Shown here piece after piece: positions 10,078 through 22,544 of a DNA stretch of 64,000 nt (positions are counted from its first letter, which is position 1; every line of letters begins with the position of its first letter). Origin of the DNA: an uncultured Clostridia bacterium. Lineage in GTDB: Bacteria > Bacillota > Clostridia > Christensenellales > UBA1242. Under the pieces are notes generated by a model, which saw only the letters and a list, made by a program, of their open reading frames with translations, searched no databases and was not told the origin of the DNA. The translations under genes and the position numbers were made by a program. The stretch covers positions 6,616 to 70,615 of the forward strand of contig CALWJZ010000003.1 of assembly GCA_944381145.1 (NCBI GenBank). The letters run 5' to 3'.

Positions 10078-11322
10078 TCAAATTAATTCTACTTTCATAC
10101 CATCTTTGTAGATTTCTTTATATTTAATTTTGTATCGTTCACCCAACAAAACTTGATTACTTATCAAATAACATCTAATATATTCTGGACTAAAACCTTC
10201 TATACAATCTTTCTTTTCTTCAGGAATCATTGTGGAAGTTTTATTAATAAATTTGCTTAAATACTGATTTTTTAAAACTATATTAATTTTTTCTAATTCA
10301 TCAACTCTATTCTTTTTTTCTATCGAAGGCAAGTCTGGTAAATAATAAGCACTAGTTCCTTCTCTTTTTGAATAAGGGAAAATATGGACAAATGAAAATC
10401 CAACTTTTTTTATAAAATTTTTTGTATTTTCGAACTGCTCTTTAGTTTCTCCCCCAAAACCAACTATCACATCTGTTGTTATATTTGCAAGTGGAAAATA
10501 TTTTCTTATAAGCTTTACTTTTTCAAAAAATTGCTCAGAAGTATAATGTCTATTCATTTTTTTCAGTATTTCATTATCTCCACTTTGCAAAGACAAGTGA
10601 AAGTGAGGTGCAAAATTTGGCATATTCTTTAGTGTTTGCATAAGGTCTTCTGTAATCACATTTATTTCCAAAGATCCCAATCTAATCAAACATTTTATAT
10701 TGCTTAACTTATTCATCAATTCAGGAAGTGCTAATTTATTATTTATTTTGTAACTACTTATATCAATACCTGTAATCACAATTTCATTCGACCTTTTAGA
10801 GATAAGTTCAGCTTCTTCGACTATTTCATTTATATCCCTACTTCGTGATCTTCCTCTAAGGTAAGGTATTATACAATATGAACAAAAATTATCACAACCA
10901 TCTTGTATTTTTAGATGTTCTCTTGTACTAGTCTTCATAGGATTCTTTGGACTCAAATATTCAATTTCTAAGTTGTATTTGCTTTTTCTAACATTATTGA
11001 TAAAATCCAATATTTTTTCTTTTCCTTCAGTACCTATAATAGAATAAATATTATCATTTGTATCAAATTGTTTTTGATTTTTTTCACTAGCACAGCCACA
11101 AATAATTATTTTTGCATCTTTATTTAATTTCAGACATTTTCCAATAAATTGTCTACTCTTTTTTTCTGCTTCGTTTGTGACTGCACATGTATTAATAATA
11201 TAAATATCAGCAGGTATAAGTTTTTCTGTTACATCATATCCATTACTACTTAAAATATTTGCCATACAATCACTTTCATACTTATTTTGTTTACAGCCAA
11301 GAGTTAAAATTGATACTTTCAT
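10078..11322 (-). CDS. mtaB: MiaB-like radical-SAM tRNA methylthiotransferase (MtaB/YqeV type)
   Basis: MTTase N-domain LTLGCKQNKYESD and radical-SAM motif CDNFCSYCIIP. ATG 11322 overlaps the rsmE stop (ATGA). rsmE-mtaB order matches B. subtilis yqeU-yqeV. Confidence 0.8.
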   Translation of the reverse strand: MKVSILTLGCKQNKYESDCMANILSSNGYDVTEKLIPADIYIINTCAVTNEAEKKSRQFIGKCLKLNKDAKIIICGCASEKNQKQFDTNDNIYSIIGTEGKEKILDFINNVRKSKYNLEIEYLSPKNPMKTSTREHLKIQDGCDNFCSYCIIPYLRGRSRSRDINEIVEEAELISKRSNEIVITGIDISSYKINNKLALPELMNKLSNIKCLIRLGSLEINVITEDLMQTLKNMPNFAPHFHLSLQSGDNEILKKMNRHYTSEQFFEKVKLIRKYFPLANITTDVIVGFGGETKEQFENTKNFIKKVGFSFVHIFPYSKREGTSAYYLPDLPSIEKKNRVDELEKINIVLKNQYLSKFINKTSTMIPEEKKDCIEGFSPEYIRCYLISNQVLLGERYKIKYKEIYKDGMKVELI

Positions 11323-12041
11323 GACCACTCTCCCATAAGATATAATATAACAGAAGTAAGCGCTATTGAGGCTGTTTCTGCTCTAAGAATTCTTTTTCCA
11401 AGAGACACTGATTTGGCACCTTTTTCGATAATTGCATTAATTTCTTTTGAACTAAATCCCCCTTCGCTACCAACAATTATTGCAACATTTTGAAATTTTC
11501 TAAAATCAATTGAATTTAAATTTTGATTATCTTCACATTCATTTGCAAAAATAATTAAATCAAAATTATCTAAACTTTTCAACATACTTTCAAATGAAAG
11601 AGTTTGACTTATGTACATAGGGAAACTTCTTTTACATTGTTTAATTGATTGATTTGAAATCTCTTGAAGTTTATTGGTTTTTCCATTTTTGTCTTTACTC
11701 GTAATAAATTCACTAGTAAAAGGAATAAAATCTTTTACACCCAATTCAGTTAATTTTTGTACAATAATTGACATATTATCTGACTTTACTAATGCTTGAA
11801 AAACTGTAAGATTACATTTTGGATTATACAAATTTATAGACTTTGACAAAATAACAACTTCTGTTTTTGATTTAGAAATATTTATAATCTTAGCAACATA
11901 ATCAAATTGATCGCCACATACTACTATAATTTCGTCTCCAATTTTCAATCTAAGCACATTTTTCAGATGATTATGTTCTACTCCATCAATTATTACATTA
12001 TCACCAATATTAAATTTTTTCTGTACAAAAAAGCGTTTCAT
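11319..12041 (-). CDS. rsmE: 16S rRNA (uracil1498-N3)-methyltransferase RsmE
   Basis: Starts MKRFFV at 12041, as RsmE proteins usually do. C-terminal GSEGGFS...LGKRILRAETA. The track's 28-codon upstream extension has no SD and begins just after the dnaJ terminator. Confidence 0.85.
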   Translation of the reverse strand: MKRFFVQKKFNIGDNVIIDGVEHNHLKNVLRLKIGDEIIVVCGDQFDYVAKIINISKSKTEVVILSKSINLYNPKCNLTVFQALVKSDNMSIIVQKLTELGVKDFIPFTSEFITSKDKNGKTNKLQEISNQSIKQCKRSFPMYISQTLSFESMLKSLDNFDLIIFANECEDNQNLNSIDFRKFQNVAIIVGSEGGFSSKEINAIIEKGAKSVSLGKRILRAETASIALTSVILYLMGEWS

Positions 12042-12140
12042 AATCACACTATTTCCCTTTGCGTATCTTTCATATAAATTTATTTTTATATAATATATTA
12101 TATCATAGCAAAATAAAATTTTCATTGATTTTATACAAAA

Positions 12141-12182
12141 TAATAAAAAATACTTGAAATTTGCTCAGATTCAAGTATTTTT
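12141..12182 (-). terminator. rho-independent terminator after dnaJ
   Basis: AAAATACTTGAA (12147-12158) pairs with TTCAAGTATTTT (12170-12181). A U-run follows on the minus sense. Confidence 0.7.
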
Positions 12183-12195
12183 GTTAGATAAAATG

Positions 12196-13317
12196 TTAAT
12201 TTAAACTATCCAAATCTTTTTTATAATTTTTATAACGCGTAAAACTATCAGGTTTTATTGAATTTTTTATTTCTTCTAATGCTTTTTTATCAGATTTACT
12301 AAGAGATTTAGGTGTTTCTGCAATTACAGTAACTAGCAAATTACCGTATAATTCTCTATCTAAATATTTTATACCCTTACCTTTTAGTTTAAAAATTGTA
12401 TTTGATTGAGTTAATTCTGGAATTTTTAGAGTTGTTGTGCCTTTTGCAAGAGGTATTTCAACTTCACCACCTAAAAGCAAAGTATAAAAAGGTAGGTATA
12501 ATTTAAGATTCAAGTCATATCCATCTCGAACCAAAATTTTATGAGGTTTTATTTTGATAATAATGTGTAAATCACCATCTTGACCACCTCGTTTCCCGCA
12601 ATTACCTTTTCCAGGCATAGTCAAAACTTGATTATTATCTATACCAGCAGGAATATTAAATGAAATTGTGGTATTTACTTTTTTATAACCATTACCATTA
12701 CATTCACTACATTTTTCTTTTATTATTCTGCCAGTACCGTTACAAGTTTTGCAAGGTCCTTGCCTAATAACTCTACCAAATAATGAATTTTCTTGATATC
12801 TTACCTGACCTGTTCCATGACAATCAGAACATGTTGAATATTCAGTACCATTTTTAGCACCAGTTCCGTTACATTTCGAACAGTTTTCAATACGAGATAT
12901 TGTTATATCTTTTTTAGCACCAAATACGGCTTCTTCGAAAGAAATAGTTATTTGGACTTGCAAATCTTCACCCTTAGAGCTCATATTTCTTCTTTCTCTA
13001 GAGTTGCCAAAACCACCAAAAATATTTCCAAAAATATCACCTAAGTCGCTAAAACCACCAAATCCAGCACTACCATCAAATCCACCAAAACCTTGAGGAC
13101 CATTTGCGTTGCCATATTGATCATAATTTGATTTTTTTGTTGGATCAGAAAGACACTCGTATGCTTCGTTAATTTCCTTAAATTTATCGCTTGCACCTGG
13201 CTCTTTGTTGATATCTGGATGATATTTTTTTGCCAATTTTCTATATGCTGATTTGATTTCATCGGGACTAGCATCTTTGCTAATCCCTAAGATATCATAA
13301 TAATTTTTTTCTGCCAT
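12196..13317 (-). CDS. dnaJ: chaperone DnaJ
   Basis: J domain DYYDILGI...KKYHPD, G/F-rich linker and four CxxCxGxG zinc repeats. Confidence 0.95.
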   Translation of the reverse strand: MAEKNYYDILGISKDASPDEIKSAYRKLAKKYHPDINKEPGASDKFKEINEAYECLSDPTKKSNYDQYGNANGPQGFGGFDGSAGFGGFSDLGDIFGNIFGGFGNSRERRNMSSKGEDLQVQITISFEEAVFGAKKDITISRIENCSKCNGTGAKNGTEYSTCSDCHGTGQVRYQENSLFGRVIRQGPCKTCNGTGRIIKEKCSECNGNGYKKVNTTISFNIPAGIDNNQVLTMPGKGNCGKRGGQDGDLHIIIKIKPHKILVRDGYDLNLKLYLPFYTLLLGGEVEIPLAKGTTTLKIPELTQSNTIFKLKGKGIKYLDRELYGNLLVTVIAETPKSLSKSDKKALEEIKNSIKPDSFTRYKNYKKDLDSLN

Positions 13318-13331
13318 TTATATGCCCTTTT

Positions 13332-15664
<2,333 letters not shown>

Positions 15665-15673
15665 ATATTCTCC

Positions 15674-16720
15674 TTAATTAAGATTTTTTTCTATTTCATT
15701 TATCTCTTCTGTAATATATTTAAGTGCAGAAGCAATCCTATAATAATCAAGCCGTTGTGGCCCAACTACACCTATTGTTGCGATTACCCCATTTTTCAAA
15801 CTATAATTTGCTTTAATAATACTATAATCTGCAAATTCATCTGTGTTGTCATCACCTATAGAATAAGTAATTTCATTATTGCTTGTATCATCTATATTTT
15901 TTATCAAATTAGATATCTTTTCTTCATTTTCAACAAGCGATAAAAATTTTTTTGCTGAACTGATATCTTGATATTCAGGATTTTCTAATAAATTTGAAAT
16001 ATTGGAATGAGTTTTAAATTTATGATTTTGAGAATAAGTTTTCAATGTATCAGTTATGAAAGAAAAGAATTCCTGAAAGTATTTTATTTGGTTTTTGAAT
16101 AATTCGTTATAATAATCAAAATTAGAAATTATCTCATTAATAGGCTTATTATACAAATTTGTAGTCAAAAATTTACTCGCGTCTTTACAATTTTCTTCAG
16201 TAATTTTATCTGAAAGATTAATCGTATTATTAATTATTCCTGCGTCAGTTTGAACAAGAACTAATGCTTGACCTGTAATTAAAGGAATAATGTTTATGCC
16301 CTTTATGCATAATGACTCAGCATTTTGCATTTCAATAAATGTAGGTAATTTTAGAACTTCACTTACATTTTTGGCAAGTCCGTCTACTACATCAAGTATA
16401 AAGTTACTACGTTTGACAAATTTATTTTTTATATCATCAACAATTTTATTATCAAATTTACGCGATTTCAATAAACTTTCTACATAATATTTATAACCTT
16501 TACTTGTCGGAATTCTCCCACCAGAAGTATGTAGTTGTTTTAAATAACCCATTTCTTCCAAAGCATTAAGCTCATTTCTAAGCGTAGCAGAACTTAACGA
16601 TGAAAAAGCATTACTTTGTACATTACTGCTAGTTATTGGCATAGCATTATCTATATAATTACTAACTGAACTTAGCAAAATTTCTCTCTTTCGTTCACTT
16701 AAATTATAATTATCAGCCAA
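15674..16720 (-). CDS. hrcA: heat-inducible transcription repressor HrcA
   Basis: 348 aa with an N-terminal winged-helix LSERKREILLSSV. First gene of hrcA-grpE-dnaK-dnaJ, with a CIRCE operator upstream. Confidence 0.9.
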   Translation of the reverse strand: MADNYNLSERKREILLSSVSNYIDNAMPITSSNVQSNAFSSLSSATLRNELNALEEMGYLKQLHTSGGRIPTSKGYKYYVESLLKSRKFDNKIVDDIKNKFVKRSNFILDVVDGLAKNVSEVLKLPTFIEMQNAESLCIKGINIIPLITGQALVLVQTDAGIINNTINLSDKITEENCKDASKFLTTNLYNKPINEIISNFDYYNELFKNQIKYFQEFFSFITDTLKTYSQNHKFKTHSNISNLLENPEYQDISSAKKFLSLVENEEKISNLIKNIDDTSNNEITYSIGDDNTDEFADYSIIKANYSLKNGVIATIGVVGPQRLDYYRIASALKYITEEINEIEKNLN

Positions 16721-16755
16721 ACCATTCCTCCGTTAGCACTTATTATTGCATTGTG

Positions 16756-16782
16756 TTAGCACTCTTTTATTTAGATTGCTAA
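16756..16782 (-). promoter_or_regulatory. CIRCE operator (HrcA binding site)
   Basis: TTAGCACTC-N9-GATTGCTAA, 17 of 18 matches to TTAGCACTC-N9-GAGTGCTAA. It starts 3 nt downstream of the -10. Confidence 0.9.
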
Positions 16783-16785
16783 CAT

Positions 16786-16814
16786 ATTCTAATTTAATTA
16801 TATGCGTATGTCAA
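16786..16814 (-). promoter_or_regulatory. sigma-A-type promoter of the hrcA-dnaK operon
   Basis: Minus sense reads TTGACA (16809-16814), 17-nt spacer, TAGAAT (16786-16791). Confidence 0.75.
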
Positions 16815-16904
16815 GTATTTTATGACATATTTTTTTAAATTTTATTTCAAAAATTAAATAAATTTATACACTTGAAACGTCAATGTTATTTTGTTTAAAA
16901 AAAG

Positions 16905-16942
16905 ACAATAAAAAAAGTTTATTAATATCTAATTAATAAACT
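16905..16942 (-). terminator. rho-independent terminator after the lepA-hemW-PHP unit
   Basis: Perfect 11-bp stem AGTTTATTAAT/ATTAATAAACT (16916-16942) with a 5-nt loop, followed on the minus sense by a U-run. Confidence 0.7.
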
Positions 16943-16959
16943 ATTTAGAATTAATAAAA

Positions 16960-17826
16960 TCATTTAATACTATTAATAATAGTAATATTGTTCACATCAA
17001 TTTTGGAATTATCACACGATAATTCCCCTATTTTTACTTTTTTATTCAATCCATGATAATCACTACCAGCAGAAACAAGTAAATTATACTTTTTTGCGAT
17101 TTTAACTAAATTATCAGCTTCAATTTTGGTATATAAACTATAGTAACATTCTATACCCCTCAATCCGAGTGGCAATAGCAATTCAATAATATTTTCCACT
17201 TCTTTATAAGAAATTTTTGGTTCATTGATCCCACCTAAAGGATGTGCCCATATACAAATTCCGTTTGCGTTATTTATTGCAGGTATTATTAATCTTGCAT
17301 CAACTCTTGTCTCTAATGGATTAAGTTTGATTATATCAAAACACTTACTAAAACAATCTTCAAAACTTTTGAAAATACCATCTTTGACCATATAATGTGC
17401 AAGTATTGGTTTTCCAATAAAGTCCTTTCTTTTATTTAACTCATTAAACGAATTTTTAGACAATTCTATTCCTAATTGTTCTTTCATAGCTTTTATTCTT
17501 AACAAGAACTTATTGTATCTTTTTTGTTTACCAATATCAATCACTTTTAGTAATTCTTTATTATCAAAATCATAATTATATCCTAATAAATGAATTTTAT
17601 TTCCATCTATTATTGAACTGAACTCAATTCCATTAATCATCTTAATATTATATGTTTTTAAGTTCTCTAATAAATCATAATTATTATTCAAGTATTTACA
17701 TGCTTCGTTGGTATCATGATCTGTTATACTTGCATATTTTATGCCTAGTTTTTTGCATTCTTCAATTATTTCTTCAACACTATTTGTACCATCTGAGAAT
17801 TTAGTGTGAATATGTAAATCTATCAT
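16960..17826 (-). CDS. PHP-domain metal-dependent phosphoesterase
   Basis: IDLHIHTKFSDG PHP motif. GAGGT lies 5 nt before ATG 17826. The track start is an upstream TTG. Confidence 0.8.
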   Translation of the reverse strand: MIDLHIHTKFSDGTNSVEEIIEECKKLGIKYASITDHDTNEACKYLNNNYDLLENLKTYNIKMINGIEFSSIIDGNKIHLLGYNYDFDNKELLKVIDIGKQKRYNKFLLRIKAMKEQLGIELSKNSFNELNKRKDFIGKPILAHYMVKDGIFKSFEDCFSKCFDIIKLNPLETRVDARLIIPAINNANGICIWAHPLGGINEPKISYKEVENIIELLLPLGLRGIECYYSLYTKIEADNLVKIAKKYNLLVSAGSDYHGLNKKVKIGELSCDNSKIDVNNITIINSIK

Positions 17827-17869
17827 TTTGTACCTCAAAAAAACAATTTTTATATCATTTAATATGTTT

Positions 17870-19000
17870 TTAAGAAACTAATTCAAGAATTATTTTATTT
17901 AAAACAGAATAACCTGAATTAGTTGGTATAATTTTATTATAAACTAAATTGATAAAGCCGTTTGCAATTAATTTACTAATTATATCTTTCTTTGTTTTTA
18001 AAAGATCAATTTTAAACTCCTGTTTAATCTCATCAATATCAATGCCATATTTTGTTCTTAGACCCAACATAACAGTTTCTTCAAATTTTTCTGAATTGGT
18101 AATTTTTTCTTTGTTTTCTATAACTGATATATTGGAATTAATAGCTTTTATATACTTATCAATACTAGATAAATTATTGTAGCGAAAATCATTAAAATAA
18201 CTATGCGCACCTGCGCCAAAACCTAAATATTCACCCATTTTCCATGTATTTAAATTGTGTCTACATTCAAAGCCTTTTTTTGCAAAATTACTTATTTCAT
18301 ATCTATCATAACCACATTCTTTTAGATATTGAAGAGCAAAATTATACATTCCTATTGTTTTTTCTTCTTTTGGCAAATATAGTTTATGATTATTAATTAA
18401 TTCTTCAAGCTTAGTATTTTTCTCTAAGATTAAACTATATACACTAATATGTGTACAATCCATTTTTTTCACCAATTTTAATGTGTGTTTTACATTAGAT
18501 AATTTTTGTCGAGGCAATCCTACTAGACAATCTGTATTTATGTTAGCAAATCCAACAGATTTTATGATTTGAACTGCATTAATATAATCATTCTTTGTAT
18601 GTTTTCTTCCCAATAATTTAAGCAAATTATTACTTGCAGTTTGCAAGCCGACACTAACTCTATTTATTCCACTTTCTTTCCATTCTCTTGCTTTTGCAAT
18701 TGTAACCGAATTTGGATTACATTCAATGGTTACCTCAACATCAGAATCTATAATAAACGATTTTCTCAATTCAGACATAAGAGTTGAAATTGCACCATCA
18801 AACATTATACTTGGCGTACCACCACCAATATATATAGAATCTACTAATATTTTTTTGTTAGAATACTGATTAATCTCTTTTATTAAAGCATTAAAATAAT
18901 CTTGTTGATACTCGTCCATATTTGCAAAAGAATTGAAATCACAATAATTACATTTCGATACACAAAATGGAAAATGAACATATATTCCTATTTTTTTCAT
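17870..19000 (-). CDS. hemW: radical-SAM heme chaperone HemW (HemN-like)
   Basis: CVSKCNYCDF CxxxCxxC motif. lepA-hemN/hemW adjacency is conserved. I prefer ATG 19000 over the track's TTG 19009; neither has a clear SD. Confidence 0.85.
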   Translation of the reverse strand: MKKIGIYVHFPFCVSKCNYCDFNSFANMDEYQQDYFNALIKEINQYSNKKILVDSIYIGGGTPSIMFDGAISTLMSELRKSFIIDSDVEVTIECNPNSVTIAKAREWKESGINRVSVGLQTASNNLLKLLGRKHTKNDYINAVQIIKSVGFANINTDCLVGLPRQKLSNVKHTLKLVKKMDCTHISVYSLILEKNTKLEELINNHKLYLPKEEKTIGMYNFALQYLKECGYDRYEISNFAKKGFECRHNLNTWKMGEYLGFGAGAHSYFNDFRYNNLSSIDKYIKAINSNISVIENKEKITNSEKFEETVMLGLRTKYGIDIDEIKQEFKIDLLKTKKDIISKLIANGFINLVYNKIIPTNSGYSVLNKIILELVS

Positions 19001-19001
19001 C

Positions 19002-20798
19002 TTAATCAATTTTTAAAATGGAAATAAAAGCTTCACTAGGTATTTCTACTGAGCCTATTTTTCTCATTCTCTTTTTTCCCCTTTTTTGTTTTTCTAAAAG
19101 TTTTCTTTTGCGTGTAATATCTCCACCATAGCATTTTGCCAGCACATCTTTTCTAAGCGCTTTGATTGTCTCTCTTGCGATTACTTTATTTCCTATAGCA
19201 GCTTGAATTGGAACTTCAAACATTTGTCTAGGAATTACATCTTTTAACTTCTCAGCAATTGCTTTACCTCTTTGGTAAGCTTTATCTTTGTGAACTATTA
19301 AACTAAGTGCATCGCAAACTTCACCATTCAATAAGATATCTAATTTCACAAGAGAACTTTCTTCGTACCCAATTATTTCATAATCAAGACTAGCATAACC
19401 ACGAGATCTGGATTTCATTTGGTCAAAAAAATCAAAAATAATTTCATTCAAAGGCATTTTATAAATTAATTGACATCTAGAAGCATCTAAATATTGCAAA
19501 TCTTGATGAATACCTCTTTTTTCCTGACAAAGTTTCATTAGTTCTCCAACATATTCTGGTGGCGTAAAAATATTTACTCTAACCATAGGTTCTTCCATAA
19601 AAGCTATACTTTGAGTTTCTGGCATGTCTGCTGGATTACTAATTTCAATCACATCACCATTTGTCTTTGTTATTCTATAATTTACAGTTGGTGCTGTTGT
19701 AATCAAGTCTAAATCAAATTCTCTTTCAAGCCTTTCTTGAATAATTTCCATGTGTAGTAGTCCTAAAAAACCACATCTAAACCCAAATCCAAGAGCTTGA
19801 GAAACTTCAGGAGAATACTCAAGCGAAGCATCATTTAATTTTAATTTTTCAAGTGCATCTTTTAAATCATTATATTTATCACCTTCAACACAGAATATTC
19901 CACTAAAAACTACAGGTTTAACTTCTTTATAACCAGGAAGAGCACTTTCGCATGGCATATTTGCTGTAGTAATTGTATCACCCACTTTAGTTTCACTTAC
20001 ATTTTTTATACTTGCACAAATATAACCTACATCTCCTGCCATCAATTCATTTACTTCATTCGACTTAGTTGTAAATATACCAACTTCAGTAACATCATAT
20101 TCATGTCCACTAGTCCAAAATTTAATTTTGGTATTTTTGGAAACTTTTCCATCAACCACTCTTACTAAACAAACTGCACCTTTGAAATTATCATAGTAAC
20201 TATCAAAAATTAGTGCTCTAAGTGGTTTATTTTCGTCACCTTTTGGACTAGGAATATTTTCAACTACTGATTTTAGAACTTCATTTATATTTGTTCCACA
20301 TTTAGCACTAATACATGGAACATCATCTGCAGGAAGGCCAATAACTTCTTCAATTTCTTTTTTTGTCTTTTCGATATCAGCACTAGGCAAATCAATCTTA
20401 TTAATTACTGGCAATATTTCCAAATCATTTTCTAAAGCAAGGTACAAATTACTTAATGTTTGAGCCTCAACTCCTTGCGAAGCATCAACAATTAAAATTG
20501 CCCCCTCACAAGCAGCAAGCGATCGAGAAACTTCATAAGTAAAATCTACATGTCCGGGCGTATCAATCAAATTAAGAGTATAGATTTCTCCATTATAATT
20601 GTATTTCATTGTAGTTGGAGTTAGTTTAATTGTAATTCCTCTTTCTCTTTCGATGTCCATACTATCCAATACCTGATCAGTCAAATCTCTTTTCGCAACT
20701 GTGTTAGTTTCTTCCAAAAGTCTATCAGCCAAAGTACTTTTGCCATGATCAATGTGTGCAACAATGCAAAAATTTCTAATATAATCTTGTCTTGACAT
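19002..20798 (-). CDS. lepA: translation elongation factor 4 (LepA)
   Basis: G1 motif [15 protein letters not shown] and [16 protein letters not shown] precedes ATG 20798; the track start is TTG 20810. Confidence 0.95.
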   Translation of the reverse strand: MSRQDYIRNFCIVAHIDHGKSTLADRLLEETNTVAKRDLTDQVLDSMDIERERGITIKLTPTTMKYNYNGEIYTLNLIDTPGHVDFTYEVSRSLAACEGAILIVDASQGVEAQTLSNLYLALENDLEILPVINKIDLPSADIEKTKKEIEEVIGLPADDVPCISAKCGTNINEVLKSVVENIPSPKGDENKPLRALIFDSYYDNFKGAVCLVRVVDGKVSKNTKIKFWTSGHEYDVTEVGIFTTKSNEVNELMAGDVGYICASIKNVSETKVGDTITTANMPCESALPGYKEVKPVVFSGIFCVEGDKYNDLKDALEKLKLNDASLEYSPEVSQALGFGFRCGFLGLLHMEIIQERLEREFDLDLITTAPTVNYRITKTNGDVIEISNPADMPETQSIAFMEEPMVRVNIFTPPEYVGELMKLCQEKRGIHQDLQYLDASRCQLIYKMPLNEIIFDFFDQMKSRSRGYASLDYEIIGYEESSLVKLDILLNGEVCDALSLIVHKDKAYQRGKAIAEKLKDVIPRQMFEVPIQAAIGNKVIARETIKALRKDVLAKCYGGDITRKRKLLEKQKRGKKRMRKIGSVEIPSEAFISILKID

Positions 20799-21070
20799 AT
20801 AATCTCCCAAGTAGTATTCACGCTTTGTATTTTGTAAATCATTTTTACAAAAATTTATATCAATATTATATTATATAAAAAACATTCGCATCTAGCAATA
20901 AAAAAGCTAGTAATTATAAAAATTAGGAAAAATTAAAAAAAATTATTAAAAACACTTTATAAATCTAACAAATTTTGATAATATATCTAAAATATATACA
21001 AAATTAGCAACATAAAATAAAAATAAAAACACCTTTGCAGATTTGCAAAAGTACAAAGGTTAGATGATAT

Positions 21071-21946
21071 ATGAAAAAAAATTTAGGTTTAGTTATTAAA
21101 GATAATGAAGTATTATCTTTTGATGAATACAAGAATATAATTGATAAATTGATTTTAGAAAATCGAATTGATAAATTAAAATTACAATCTAATTATTTTG
21201 ATATAACTAATAATTTTTGGATTGTTGATAAATACATAGCGAAAAATGGACAATTTTCCAGCGAAAATTTCCCTAACACTTTAGATACATATAAACTTGC
21301 AATTGATGAGGGTTACGCAATTTGTATACCTGTTCAAATGTTAGACGATGGAAACATTGTTTGTTTTTCAAGTAAAAATTTATCAAAAGTATTAAATACT
21401 ACAAGTGGATATATTAACAATTTAAGCTTACATGAATTGAAAACAATTTCACTTAATGAAAAAAATGAAAAAATTCCTACTTTAGAAGAAGCTTTGGATT
21501 TTATTTCAAACAAAACGCCTATAATAATTGAAATTCAAAACGAAGGTATGATTGGCAAATTTGAAGATAAAGTTTTATCATGTATACAAAAATATATAAA
21601 TACCTATAATTGTTTCAATAGAGTTGCAATTATGAGTGTAAATCCATTCACTTTACAATATTGTTTTGAGCAATATCCCTACATTACGCGAATTTTAAAG
21701 AGTGGCAATTTACAAGAAAAAACTTATGGTTCAATTTCATCAAAAAAATTAAAAAAATTAAAGTATTATAAAATTACACACGCAGACTTTATATGTTATT
21801 CAGCAGAATTATTACCTTCAAGAATAATTACCAAATACAAGCCTGTAGGCATTCTTGCTTATAATGTATGTACACAAAGTCAGTATTTGAATGTTGCTCC
21901 TCACTGTGATAATATAATATTTTGTAATTTTAAACCAACCATATAG
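21071..21946 (+). CDS. GDPD (glycerophosphodiester phosphodiesterase)-like protein lacking the canonical catalytic residues
   Basis: GDPD-like blocks FPNTLDTYKLAIDEGYA, LDDGNIVCF and IPTLEEALDFI..TPIIIEIQ. However HRG is replaced by KNG, E.D by P.Q, and HD by SS. Confidence 0.55.
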   Translation: MKKNLGLVIKDNEVLSFDEYKNIIDKLILENRIDKLKLQSNYFDITNNFWIVDKYIAKNGQFSSENFPNTLDTYKLAIDEGYAICIPVQMLDDGNIVCFSSKNLSKVLNTTSGYINNLSLHELKTISLNEKNEKIPTLEEALDFISNKTPIIIEIQNEGMIGKFEDKVLSCIQKYINTYNCFNRVAIMSVNPFTLQYCFEQYPYITRILKSGNLQEKTYGSISSKKLKKLKYYKITHADFICYSAELLPSRIITKYKPVGILAYNVCTQSQYLNVAPHCDNIIFCNFKPTI

Positions 21947-21954
21947 GAGCATAA

Positions 21955-22512
21955 ATGAAGAATAAATCAATAGTTATTATTGAAGGACCAAGTGGTGTTG
22001 GAAAAGATACAATAATTAATGAATTAGTAAAAAGATATCCAAAATTATTTGGAAAGCCAATTAATGCTACTACAAGAAGTATGAGAGAAAATGAAAGCCA
22101 AAATAATCCATATCTATTTTTGTCAGAGCAAGAATTTTTGAAAATGCGAAAAAATGGCGAAATTTTTGAACATACTATAAGACATGGAACATACCGAGGC
22201 ATGAGAAAGTCAAGTTTTGATGAAATAATTAATTCTGGACGTATTGCTATTCGTGATTGCGATATTAATGGTTTAAATGCAATTAAAAAATTATATGGTA
22301 ATAGAGTAATTAGCATATTTTTGACTGCACCAAAAGAAGAGATAAAAAAAAGATTTTTGAGTAGAAATGAACCTAGTGAGAGTATGACAGCTAGGTTAAA
22401 AGATTACGATGAATATATCAAATTTGCTAAAGATTTCGATTATATAATCGAAAATATTAATATGGAAGACACAATTAATGAAATTTTAAAAATAATTAAC
22501 ATAAATCAATAA
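21955..22512 (+). CDS. gmk: guanylate kinase (divergent)
   Basis: P-loop GPSGVGKDT, ATTRSMRENE (TTRxxRxxE), FEHT, and a lid region SRNEPSESMTARLKDY. It is not next to rpoZ, which is unusual. Confidence 0.7.
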   Translation: MKNKSIVIIEGPSGVGKDTIINELVKRYPKLFGKPINATTRSMRENESQNNPYLFLSEQEFLKMRKNGEIFEHTIRHGTYRGMRKSSFDEIINSGRIAIRDCDINGLNAIKKLYGNRVISIFLTAPKEEIKKRFLSRNEPSESMTARLKDYDEYIKFAKDFDYIIENINMEDTINEILKIININQ

Positions 22513-22543
22513 AAAACACTGAATAATTTATTCAGTGTTTTTT
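22512..22543. terminator. bidirectional terminator between gmk and the convergent membrane-protein gene
   Basis: Near-perfect palindrome AAAAACACTGAATAA-T-TTATTCAGTGTTTTT, with A/T runs on both sides. Confidence 0.7.
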
Positions 22544-22544
22544 A

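Noticed and set aside
13041-13274. Same-strand alternative-frame ORFs nested in dnaJ (13041-13274), the U32 peptidase gene (27076-27261) and terL (41102-41293).
   Set aside because: Each host gene has continuous family motifs across these spans. The nested frames have no SD and odd composition.
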